A stretch of DNA of 42,176 nucleotides. Origin: a virus (taxonomy: Duplodnaviria > Caudoviricetes). Position 1 is the stretch's first letter; each line of letters opens with the position of its first letter. Shown in pieces: positions 30,067-37,382 of the stretch. The notes under the pieces were generated by a model. It was given only the letters and a program-made list of their open reading frames with translations, made no database searches and was not told the origin of the DNA. Position numbers and translations under genes: made by a program. The stretch lies in the IMG/VR virus record IMGVR_UViG_3300017747_002841, positions 1 to 42,176 of that record; one strand, 5' to 3'.

Positions 30067-30689
30067 GGCGCCTCCGATTCAAAAGTCCCGCCCACGTTGA
30101 TGCTTCCGGCGCTCGTTGCGCCAACCGTCACGACCAACGGTCTCCCCTTTTCGCCAACGGCCACAAATGAATTTCGCGGACTGGTCGCGCCATTGGTGAT
30201 TCCGTACGCCCAGGTATTAGTCCCGATCCTCCACAACCTCGACCCGGCAGCGATGGAAACAGTGTTGGACGTAAGAAACGTCAAGTTCGTGCCGATCAGG
30301 TGAACGGACGCCAACACATATGCATCGTTCGGCGTGTTTCCGGTTTGGATCACCACCTTGTCACCCGTCACCAACCCGTTTGTTCCACTTTGAGCAACCT
30401 GCACGTTGGTCAATCCGGCCACCATTCCGTAAGGGATGTCCACTGAAGCGCCATTGGTATAAAACGTAACGCGGGCGTTGCCGAGATCAGTCAGCACCTC
30501 CACCGTCCGCACCACGGCAATCCTATCCCCAACTGCCGGGACAATGCAGTAGAAGTTAGTCGTGCCAAGTGCGTTGTTTGGAGCCGCGAAGAAACGCGTA
30601 TTCGTCGCCGCCTGGACAACCGTGATGACAGGGAGGAGCAGCATGGACACCACCACCACCATGCGCGCCGTGATTCGAGGGATTTTCAT
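30063..30689 (-). CDS. Exported Thr/Asn-rich beta protein
   Basis: Signal peptide MKIPRITARMVVVVSMLLLPVITVVQA; many TN dipeptides. Confidence 0.7.
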   Translation of the reverse strand: MKIPRITARMVVVVSMLLLPVITVVQAATNTRFFAAPNNALGTTNFYCIVPAVGDRIAVVRTVEVLTDLGNARVTFYTNGASVDIPYGMVAGLTNVQVAQSGTNGLVTGDKVVIQTGNTPNDAYVLASVHLIGTNLTFLTSNTVSIAAGSRLWRIGTNTWAYGITNGATSPRNSFVAVGEKGRPLVVTVGATSAGSINVGGTFESEAP

Positions 30690-30727
30690 AGATGTTGAGT
30701 CAGTTGAATGTTTGAAGTCTTACCATA

Positions 30728-30770
30728 GGACAATCCATGTCTAACCACCTTGGACATTCCATGTCAAACC
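30728..30770. promoter_or_regulatory. Tandem 19-bp direct repeat upstream of the head operon
   Basis: GGACAATCCATGTCTAACC and GGACATTCCATGTCAAACC (17/19 identical, 24-bp period) in an AT-richer intergenic region. Confidence 0.5.
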
Positions 30771-30905
30771 CTATTTGCAAAAGCGGCGCGAACGCCCTCG
30801 CGCCCGCGCCTTTTTATACGCCTTGCAAAACCCCCGTCGTCGCTGAACTATTCCGCCTCGTATTCAAGCCCGCTTTCAGGCTGGGGGATTTCCACCACCG
30901 AAAGC

Positions 30906-30941
30906 AAAGCCCGATGGTGTTAGTGCGCCATCGGGCTTTTT
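30906..30941. terminator. Intrinsic terminator, probably bidirectional
   Basis: AAAGCCCGATGG-N10-CCATCGGGCTTT 12-bp stem with T tract, immediately after the ORF ending at 30945. Confidence 0.7.
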
Positions 30942-30944
30942 CGT

Positions 30945-31181
30945 TTAACCCGGAGGTTTGTTGCTGCGATCGTCCAAGGAAATCGTAATGCGCATCTCCT
31001 GCCCGCACGTCTCAACCGAAAATCGTTTTTGGATGCCAACGAGAATTTGCGGAATCTGCTCCTTGCACCGCCGGCGAACACGTTCCGCTGCGGTAACCGT
31101 TTCCTCCTCCACGATTTCCTCCAATCGCCTTTGAATCGCTTCCTTCAACACCTTTTCAAATCCGCCCTGAATATCTGCCAT
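30945..31181 (-). CDS. Hypothetical protein (78 aa)
   Basis: ATG preceded by purine-rich AAAAAGGAACAGAA; follows terL. Confidence 0.6.
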   Translation of the reverse strand: MADIQGGFEKVLKEAIQRRLEEIVEEETVTAAERVRRRCKEQIPQILVGIQKRFSVETCGQEMRITISLDDRSNKPPG

Positions 31182-31225
31182 TTCTGTTCCTTTTTCTGAG
31201 TTTTTGAGTTCCGGCTAAAATCAGT

Positions 31226-32740
31226 TCACCCCGCATCAAACCCCCGCAACACATCCTCACTCACCGTCGGCTCCGCCCCCTGGTCCTCGCCAATGTAAGG
31301 CCCGAACGTGCTATAAGGATTCACCGCCCGCTCCTCGCCCCCGATGTTGATCGAATGCATCACAGGTAGGTTGCCCATCGCCCCCAGAATCACCTCCGCC
31401 CGGTCTGGCGACCGCTGCGGCCGTTGGTCCCGAGCCTGCCGCGCGAACAGATCGCGCTTCGACTCCACCCAGCGCAACCCGCTCGAATCATATTTGCCAA
31501 TCCGATCCACCAGTTGCCCCTTGAAATCCGTATCATCCGGAATGATGACGCGCCGCTGCTTGATCGCCTCCGTCCCGTTAAACCAGTTTTCGCTCTCCCG
31601 ATTCCGGAACTTGTCCGGCTCAAACGCCCGCGCGTTCGCGTGATACTCGAGGATCGGCCAGCCCGCCTCCTGGATGCGTTGCACCATCGGCTTGCCCATC
31701 CCGTCCGCGTCGCCTTCCACCTCTTCCGGACGCAGCCCTATCGAGCGCCGCAATCCCTCCAGCTTCGTAATGAACCGTCCCACCGCGCTCATGGTGTTCT
31801 TGTCCCGCCAAACGTCCTCGAACCAAGTCTTGTTCCCGCGCCGCACGCCGATGCTGTTCTCGTCCCCGCCCGCCGCGAAATCGAGCCGCACATGCCGATC
31901 CGTCCCCTTCTGCCCCGGCGGTTCATTCACGCAATCCGCGATCTCCGTCAGCCCGATCAGCGAATCCTGCACGAACGGCATGAACTTCGCGAAAAATGCC
32001 GATTGAATAAACGGATCCTGCAACCCCCGATCGTAATCCCCACCCCCGGCGCGCGTGATCACCCGCTTCATCTCCTCGCGGTCAATCCACGGGCAATCCT
32101 CCACCGTCATTTGAAACGTGTTCCAGAACTTCGCCTCCGTGCTTTGAGACTCGTAGAATTTGCCCATCGCAAACCCCGGCGAACTCAGCAACCCCATCCG
32201 CTGCGGCCGGCAACGATCCTCACCCGCCCGGATGATTCCATCCGCCACTGACTTGCATTCGTCGAAAAGCATCATCAGCGGCGTCTCTGGCGACCCGTGG
32301 AAACCCTCCGCCCGCCCCGCCTGACTCGCCGAGTAAGCCATGAAGTTCGGCACCCCGCCAATCTTGATCTCCGTGTCCTGGAATTCCCAACTCGCCGGGA
32401 ACTTGTGCGAATAACTCCGGAGCGCCGGCATTAGTTGATTCTTAATCTGCGCCCAGCTTCCACTGGTTGCCGTCACGCCCCCGTTCTCACCCCGCCGCGG
32501 GAACACCGTCAGGTGCCACAGAATCACCGCCGGCATGATCTTCGTCGTCTTGCCCGCCTCATTACAGCACACGAACGACACATGCGACCGCGTGGGCCCG
32601 AATGCGTTCACGATCGCCTCCTGCTTCACCGTCAGCGGAATCCCGAGCTTGAACCGCGCAAACCCCGCCGGCGTCGCCAGCGCCATCCGCACCTTCTCCG
32701 GCAAGCTCGACACCGCCACCCGTTTATCATCCTTAGCCAT
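31226..32740 (-). CDS. terL: Terminase large subunit
   Basis: Walker A NEAGKTT, Walker B LMMLFDE, coupling motif LSSP, RNase H-like LDFAAGGDE / DADGMG / SPDRAE. Confidence 0.9.
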   Translation of the reverse strand: MAKDDKRVAVSSLPEKVRMALATPAGFARFKLGIPLTVKQEAIVNAFGPTRSHVSFVCCNEAGKTTKIMPAVILWHLTVFPRRGENGGVTATSGSWAQIKNQLMPALRSYSHKFPASWEFQDTEIKIGGVPNFMAYSASQAGRAEGFHGSPETPLMMLFDECKSVADGIIRAGEDRCRPQRMGLLSSPGFAMGKFYESQSTEAKFWNTFQMTVEDCPWIDREEMKRVITRAGGGDYDRGLQDPFIQSAFFAKFMPFVQDSLIGLTEIADCVNEPPGQKGTDRHVRLDFAAGGDENSIGVRRGNKTWFEDVWRDKNTMSAVGRFITKLEGLRRSIGLRPEEVEGDADGMGKPMVQRIQEAGWPILEYHANARAFEPDKFRNRESENWFNGTEAIKQRRVIIPDDTDFKGQLVDRIGKYDSSGLRWVESKRDLFARQARDQRPQRSPDRAEVILGAMGNLPVMHSINIGGEERAVNPYSTFGPYIGEDQGAEPTVSEDVLRGFDAG

Positions 32741-33687
32741 CAGGCCATGACCTCCAGCGGACTCCGCACGCTCATGGCCTCTGCGTGCAAGTAACCCATC
32801 GTCGTCTCCAGCGACTTGTGCCCCATCGCCTGCTGAATCGCCCGCGGGTTCGTGCCTTGATTCAAGCAGTGCGTGGCGTAAGCGTGCCGCAACTCATGCG
32901 GCTTGATGTTCCCGCCGCTGGCCTGGCGAATCGCAAGCTGCACGTTCGCCTCGTGCAACCGATACCGCACCAACTCACCCGTGCGCGGATGTTCACACGC
33001 CGCCTTCTGCGGAAACACCCACGCCCATTTCCACGCGAACCGGCTTTGCGGATACTTCTTGCCCAGCAAGCCCGGCAATTGCAGCGGCAGTCCGTTGGCC
33101 ACGTCCCGCTTCCAAGTCACCTTCGCCGCTTCCATCGCATCGCGCAGACCAGCGTGCAGCGAGCACGGCAACGGAACGACGCGATCCTTGCCGCCCTTCG
33201 CCCCACGAATGACGAGGCGCTGATTCTGCAACTCCACATCCTTCACGCGCAGATTGCACGGCTCCGTCACGCGGAGACCGCACCCGTAAATCAGATGCGT
33301 GATCAGTCGCGTAGGATAGCCATGCACATCTTTAACCGCGGCCAGCAACGCACGCACCTCTTCCCGGCTGGGAGCCTCGCGCAACGTCACCGGCTTGTTG
33401 GCCCGCAACGCATCAATCCGCGCCAGTGGTTGTCCCACGATCTCGCGATAAAACATCACCAGCGCATTGAACGCCTGATTCTGCGTCGAAGCCGAAACAT
33501 CCTGCCGCGCCAACTGCGACAAGAACGCCTCCACCTTTTGCTCGCCCGTCATCCCCGCCACAGGCTCGCCGGCCAGAAAGCGCATGTACCGCGCCAGCCA
33601 CGCCAGATAACTCTGCTCCGTGGACAGCGCAAAATGCTTTAACCGCATGTAACCACGGAACTTGTCGAATGCTTGGCTTGGTTTCAT
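32740..33687 (-). CDS. intI: Integron integrase (IntI-type tyrosine recombinase)
   Basis: N-terminal MRLKHFALSTEQSYLAW...VSASTQNQAFNAL; YGCGLR, KGGKDR, HELRH, MGH...TTMGY; the integron-specific insertion LPGLLGKKYP...WKWAWVFP...HPRTG is present. Confidence 0.92.
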   Translation of the reverse strand: MKPSQAFDKFRGYMRLKHFALSTEQSYLAWLARYMRFLAGEPVAGMTGEQKVEAFLSQLARQDVSASTQNQAFNALVMFYREIVGQPLARIDALRANKPVTLREAPSREEVRALLAAVKDVHGYPTRLITHLIYGCGLRVTEPCNLRVKDVELQNQRLVIRGAKGGKDRVVPLPCSLHAGLRDAMEAAKVTWKRDVANGLPLQLPGLLGKKYPQSRFAWKWAWVFPQKAACEHPRTGELVRYRLHEANVQLAIRQASGGNIKPHELRHAYATHCLNQGTNPRAIQQAMGHKSLETTMGYLHAEAMSVRSPLEVMA

Positions 33688-33703
33688 ATAGCAATGAGCG
33701 GTT

Positions 33704-33722
33704 GTCTAATCACTTGTTAGAC
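33704..33722 (+). mobile_element. attI-like simple site (L box GTCTAAT, 5-bp spacer, R box GTTAGAC)
   Basis: Lies 16 bp upstream of the intI start; GTTAGAC is the exact complement of the R'' box (GTCTAAC) of the next attC. Confidence 0.7.
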
Positions 33723-33923
33723 ATTTTGGCCCACGAGTGCGGTTTCGAGCCTGTCCACTTGCTTTTCAAGGTCTTTGATTTTTGCCAGTAGTGCATCGGC
33801 TGGCTTTTCGAGCGCGGAGGCCATCACGACGACTTTTGTGGCCTGTTCGGATGCTGGGAGTTTTTCGATCTCTTGGCAGAGGTCGTAGATGTCTTTGTAT
33901 ATCGGATGAGCGAGTATGTTCAT
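33717..33923 (-). CDS. Cassette 1 ORF, 68-aa helical/coiled-coil hypothetical protein
   Basis: Fills the cassette exactly; its TAA stop lies inside the attI R box. Confidence 0.7.
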   Translation of the reverse strand: MNILAHPIYKDIYDLCQEIEKLPASEQATKVVVMASALEKPADALLAKIKDLEKQVDRLETALVGQNV

Positions 33924-34010
33924 AAATGTCTAACCATTCAGTGCAGGCAACGGCGGGTTGCGCTGCGGGTTTATTTCGAGCCGTCAGGTCCGCCGTGCCT
34001 GACTTCACCG
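33717..34010 (+). mobile_element. Integron gene cassette 1 (294 bp)
   Basis: Runs from G/TTAGAC to G/TTCGGC; the end boxes GTTAGACATTT and AAATGTCTAAC are perfect 11-bp complements. Confidence 0.8.
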
Positions 34011-34016
34011 TTCGGC
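33928..34016 (+). mobile_element. attC site 1 (89 bp)
   Basis: R'' GTCTAAC; left arm AGT(G)CAGGCA(A)CGGCGG pairs with right arm CCGCCGTGCCTGACT leaving two extrahelical bases; R' GTTCGGC. Confidence 0.88.
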
Positions 34017-34579
34017 TTCAAGAACGCGCACCAGTGCGTTTTCGCCTGCTTGCCGGTGCGGTGGCCGTAAAGCGGTTGCACTGGCGTCAGTGCCAGTATT
34101 TCGCGCAGCGGCACTTCGATTTCGTTCCACTTGAAGATGAGTGTGCCTTCGGGTTTCAGGACGCGGAAGCACTCCGCGAATCCGAGGCGCAGCATCTCGC
34201 GCCAGTCACCGCGCAGGACGCCATACTTTTTGAGCAGCCAGCTCGTATCCCCGTTCCGTTGGATGTGCGGCGGGTCGAAGATGACGTGCGCGAATGTGTT
34301 GTCATCGAACGGCAGGTCTGTGAAGTCGGCTACGATGTCAGGGTCTATCACGATTTCTCGCTCGCCATTCTTCACTGAGCAGTCAGCGGCCAGATGTTTC
34401 TCACGGCGCTTGTCGAGGTAGATTGCCTGCGGATTCTTGCGGTCGAACCAGAACATCCGAGACCCGCAGCACACGTCCAGCACTGAAGCCGAACCATGCG
34501 CTGCACGCGAACAGCCGCCCCGCTTCTCCGTTTCGGGAGTCGCGAGCGGCAGGACGGTTTGCGTGTCGGCGTGAGTCAT
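33971..34579 (-). CDS. Cassette 2 ORF, class I SAM-dependent (probably DNA amino-) methyltransferase
   Basis: VLDVCCGSRMFWFD (SAM binding), VIFDPPH (catalytic-like), ECFRVLKPEGTLIFKWNE; a family common in phages. Confidence 0.85.
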   Translation of the reverse strand: MTHADTQTVLPLATPETEKRGGCSRAAHGSASVLDVCCGSRMFWFDRKNPQAIYLDKRREKHLAADCSVKNGEREIVIDPDIVADFTDLPFDDNTFAHVIFDPPHIQRNGDTSWLLKKYGVLRGDWREMLRLGFAECFRVLKPEGTLIFKWNEIEVPLREILALTPVQPLYGHRTGKQAKTHWCAFLKPNGEVRHGGPDGSK

Positions 34580-34606
34580 TGTCGGCGGCTGTCGGTGAGC
34601 TTGTCG
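34011..34606 (+). mobile_element. Integron gene cassette 2 (596 bp)
   Basis: Starts GTTCGGCTTCA (34010), whose exact complement TGAAGCCGAAC (34484-34494) opens attC2. Confidence 0.8.
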
Positions 34607-34612
34607 TTCTCT
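34488..34612 (+). mobile_element. attC site 2 (125 bp)
   Basis: R'' GCCGAAC; left arm GCT(G)CAC(G)CGA(A)CAGCCGCC pairs with GGCGGCTGTCGGTGAGC leaving three extrahelical bases; R' GTTCTCT. Confidence 0.85.
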
Positions 34613-34613
34613 C

Positions 34614-34633
34614 TGAGTTTATGAGTTTCGGCT
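34614..34633. repeat. Dispersed 20-bp repeat TGAGTTTWTGAGTTYCGGCT (also at 17951, 31197 and 38904)
   Basis: Four same-strand copies, all at gene boundaries. Confidence 0.8.
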
Positions 34634-34637
34634 AAAA

Positions 34638-35120
34638 TCATTTCTTTTCCCCCACGTACATCGCCTTTGCCATCTTCTCCAACTCCGCCGCCTCCGCCAT
34701 CGTCAGCCCGCCGCTTTCCCCGTGGCTCTCCGCCGGCTTATGCACCTCCGTCTTGTTGAAATGCGGCTTGTAACGCCGCTCCAGCACCCAGGCGAACCCC
34801 GTCCACGGACGGATCCGCGTCTTCGTTACCCCATCCTTGTCCATCTCCGTCGCGCCCGCGGCATCGCGGTAAATAATCTCCTCACCGCCCTCCTTGATCG
34901 CCTTCAACGCCCGCGCCATATACCGCGCGTGTTTCAACAGCATGATCTCGCGGAAATCCTCGCGCCGACTCACCACCGGCCCAAACGTCGAAGCATTCAC
35001 ACCGACGAGCGCACACGCGTAATCCTGCGGAATCCCGTCCGCCATATACTCGCCCACCTCCTCGACAATCTGCCGCGTGATCTTCCGCGGACGCCCGCCC
35101 TTGGATTTCTTTTTGGTCAT
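34638..35120 (-). CDS. terS: Putative terminase small subunit
   Basis: GGRPRKIT start, HTH-like YACALVGVNASTF, WTGFAWVLERRY motif; would directly precede terL if the integron were removed. Confidence 0.65.
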   Translation of the reverse strand: MTKKKSKGGRPRKITRQIVEEVGEYMADGIPQDYACALVGVNASTFGPVVSRREDFREIMLLKHARYMARALKAIKEGGEEIIYRDAAGATEMDKDGVTKTRIRPWTGFAWVLERRYKPHFNKTEVHKPAESHGESGGLTMAEAAELEKMAKAMYVGEKK

Positions 35121-35923
35121 CGCGCCACCCTTCCCGCCGCACCCGTCCGGATCCGGCTCAAATAAACCTGGTTCGCATACCCCGGCAGATTCCGCACAAA
35201 CGGCCGGCGCGCCGCCGCCTCCTCAATCGCGAACACCACCAAGTCCGCGTTTTCCTTCACGCGCCGCTCCCACAACTCCGCCGCCCCTGGACGCAGCTCC
35301 GTCAGATACTGCGCGATCATCGCCCGCGCCTGCGCTCCGTCCCCGGTCCCCTTCCGGATTCCGGAACTCACATGATCATGATTAAGGCATGTTCTTTCAG
35401 TGGCATGTTTCGGAACATGATCATGATCAGAACCATGATCGCGAGCCGTCCGGATTCCGGATGGGACTCGTCCGGATTCCGGATGCCCCTTTCCCGAATC
35501 CGGTAATGCCTCTCCCGATTCGGGAGAACCATCCACCGCCGCCCTCATGCGCCCGACCATGCTGCCCACCGCCGGCACCGCCAACGCCTCGCTCATGCTC
35601 ATGCTCTCCGTCGCCAGCGCCAGCCGCGCCGCCACAGATTTGCCCCGCCATGCTTCCAACCATGCTGCGCGCTCCATGCACTCCGTCACGCGCCAAAACT
35701 CCACCGGCTGCACCCGCACCACCATTCCCTCCACCGCCCGAGCCTCCAGCGTCACCCCGCCCAGGCGCTCACACTCCCGCATCGTCTCCAGCACATGATT
35801 GCGCGGAATGCCCGTGCGCGCCGACCACTCCGCCACCGACACCGGCCCGCCGTCTCGCAACGCCGCCACCAGCAACCGCAACGCCTGCGGACGCCACTTA
35901 AAGCGCAACAGCTCCGTAGTCAT
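35117..35923 (-). CDS. Putative replication initiator (N-terminal HTH, internal iterons)
   Basis: Probable ATG at 35923; wHTH-like SVAEWSARTGIPRNHVLETMRE; linker built on DNA repeats; C-terminal VRNLPGY motif. Confidence 0.6.
   Translation of the reverse strand: MTTELLRFKWRPQALRLLVAALRDGGPVSVAEWSARTGIPRNHVLETMRECERLGGVTLEARAVEGMVVRVQPVEFWRVTECMERAAWLEAWRGKSVAARLALATESMSMSEALAVPAVGSMVGRMRAAVDGSPESGEALPDSGKGHPESGRVPSGIRTARDHGSDHDHVPKHATERTCLNHDHVSSGIRKGTGDGAQARAMIAQYLTELRPGAAELWERRVKENADLVVFAIEEAAARRPFVRNLPGYANQVYLSRIRTGAAGRVAR
35353..35525. promoter_or_regulatory. Putative replication origin (iterons)
   Basis: TCCGGATTCCGGA-like palindromes at 35353, 35449, 35471, 35492 and 35513 (21-22 bp spacing); CATGATCATGAT at 35371 and 35416. 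Confidence 0.6.
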
Positions 35924-36269
35924 GCGATCCTTTCTCCCGTTCCAGCCACACCACCACCGGCTCAATATGCACCGTCGGCTTGGCCACCATCGAATTCGTA
36001 AACCGGAACACCCGCCACCCCAGGCGCGCCGCGGCATTATATTTCTCGCAATCCGCCGCAAACCCGAGCCCGCGCGTATGCCGCCCGCCCGTCCATTGTC
36101 CTCCCTCGATCTCGATCGCCACCCGGCGCGCCGGCAGCGCGAAGTCAAAGCGCCACTTCCGCGCCGGATCAAACCTCACCTCCGCCGTCAACTTCGGCCC
36201 GCCCAGCGCGCGCCAATAGTGCGCGAACGTCGCCGATAGCCTGCTATCGTTGGATTTCACGCGCCTCAT
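35898..36269 (-). CDS. PD-(D/E)XK endonuclease (Vsr/DUF559-like)
   Basis: EVRF...RKWRFDFA...VAIEIEGG...GRHTRG...DCEKYNAA..LGWRVFRFT. Confidence 0.85.
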   Translation of the reverse strand: MRRVKSNDSRLSATFAHYWRALGGPKLTAEVRFDPARKWRFDFALPARRVAIEIEGGQWTGGRHTRGLGFAADCEKYNAAARLGWRVFRFTNSMVAKPTVHIEPVVVWLEREKGSHDYGAVAL

Positions 36270-36499
36270 CGTTTCTGAATCGGTTCAATCGCTGGTGCCT
36301 GCTGCGCCCTCGGCTCGGGAGCGGACTTTGCCAGATACTCCTCCCAGAACTTCAAACGCTCCAGTTGCTCCTCCGTCGGAGCGCGCAACGAGCGCCACAC
36401 CTTGATCCGCCACAGGATCGTTTCGCGAAAGGGAGAACTGACCGGAGCCGCGCCATCCGTTGGCGTCTCATCGCTTCCATGCGTCTCGGCTCCGGCCAT
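36266..36499 (-). CDS. Hypothetical protein
   Basis: Packed in the operon with an ATGA overlap. Confidence 0.55.
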   Translation of the reverse strand: MAGAETHGSDETPTDGAAPVSSPFRETILWRIKVWRSLRAPTEEQLERLKFWEEYLAKSAPEPRAQQAPAIEPIQKR

Positions 36500-36506
36500 A
36501 AACTCT

Positions 36507-37349
36507 CTACGCGCCGATCAACACCGGCACCTTCGTTTCATCCGCCACGGTCAACAGCACCGCCTTTGCTGCGTCACGGATGACCAGGTGAGGCGTTACC
36601 GTCTCATACCAAAACACCAGCGCCTTGCTCACGATGCGATAACGCAGCCGCGCCTGTACCCGGTAATGCGGCACCCCACTAAACGGCTGAATCAGCAACA
36701 GCAGCTTCGCCGGCACTTCCATCGAGCCAGCAACCACCCCGCCGCGCAGCTCCACGTCCTCCTCGAAATCCAGCTTGTTCTTGCCGCTGTTCAATCGGAT
36801 AGCCGTGTTGAATCTCACATTGCTCTTGCCTTCCAGCGTGGACACCAGCTCCAGTAAATCCGCGCCAGACGGCGATTCAAACACCCGCTCATTATCCTCC
36901 AGGAACAGCGCAAATTCTGTCTGAGTGAACGGCTTTTCCCCGCCGTTCCGCTTCATCCACGTCGCCCATTCCTGCGTCACTTCGAGCGTCAAATGCGCCT
37001 GATGCGTGCTCCAGGCACGAGCGTTTAACGCCGTTTCCAGCGTCGTCTCGTTGTGATAATCCAGATGCGCCACCAGCTTGCAGCCGGTATCGGACACCGA
37101 CGCAAAGATCAGCGTGCCCGCCGTCGTGAACCGCTTCACGTACGCCGCGAAGCTCTCCGGCTCCGTAAACGTCACCGACCGCGGCACCTTCGCCGCCTCG
37201 TGTTTCAGTGTTTCCAGCTTGTAACCCTGCGGAATCACCACCGTCGGCACGGAGCCAAACGATGACACCACCGCACCCATTGAACGCCCTGCATCCAGCA
37301 ACGCCTGCACGTTGTCAGGAATCTTCACCGCGATATTTTGATCAGCCAT
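36507..37349 (-). CDS. DUF2303/YfdQ family protein
   Basis: ESFAAYVKR...AHLDYH...W..H...QTEFALFLEDN...IQPF...ARLRYR pattern. Confidence 0.85.
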   Translation of the reverse strand: MADQNIAVKIPDNVQALLDAGRSMGAVVSSFGSVPTVVIPQGYKLETLKHEAAKVPRSVTFTEPESFAAYVKRFTTAGTLIFASVSDTGCKLVAHLDYHNETTLETALNARAWSTHQAHLTLEVTQEWATWMKRNGGEKPFTQTEFALFLEDNERVFESPSGADLLELVSTLEGKSNVRFNTAIRLNSGKNKLDFEEDVELRGGVVAGSMEVPAKLLLLIQPFSGVPHYRVQARLRYRIVSKALVFWYETVTPHLVIRDAAKAVLLTVADETKVPVLIGA

Positions 37350-37382
37350 AAGTTTTGTTCTCTTGAATGTTCGTCTCTTGAA

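Noticed and set aside
30739-30745. GTCTAAC as a further attC R'' box
   Set aside because: No complementary arms or properly spaced GTT R' box follow; it is part of a direct repeat.
34607-35120. A third cassette containing terS
   Set aside because: I found no downstream attC with a matching R'' (AGAGAAC) and paired arms; the array appears to end at attC2.
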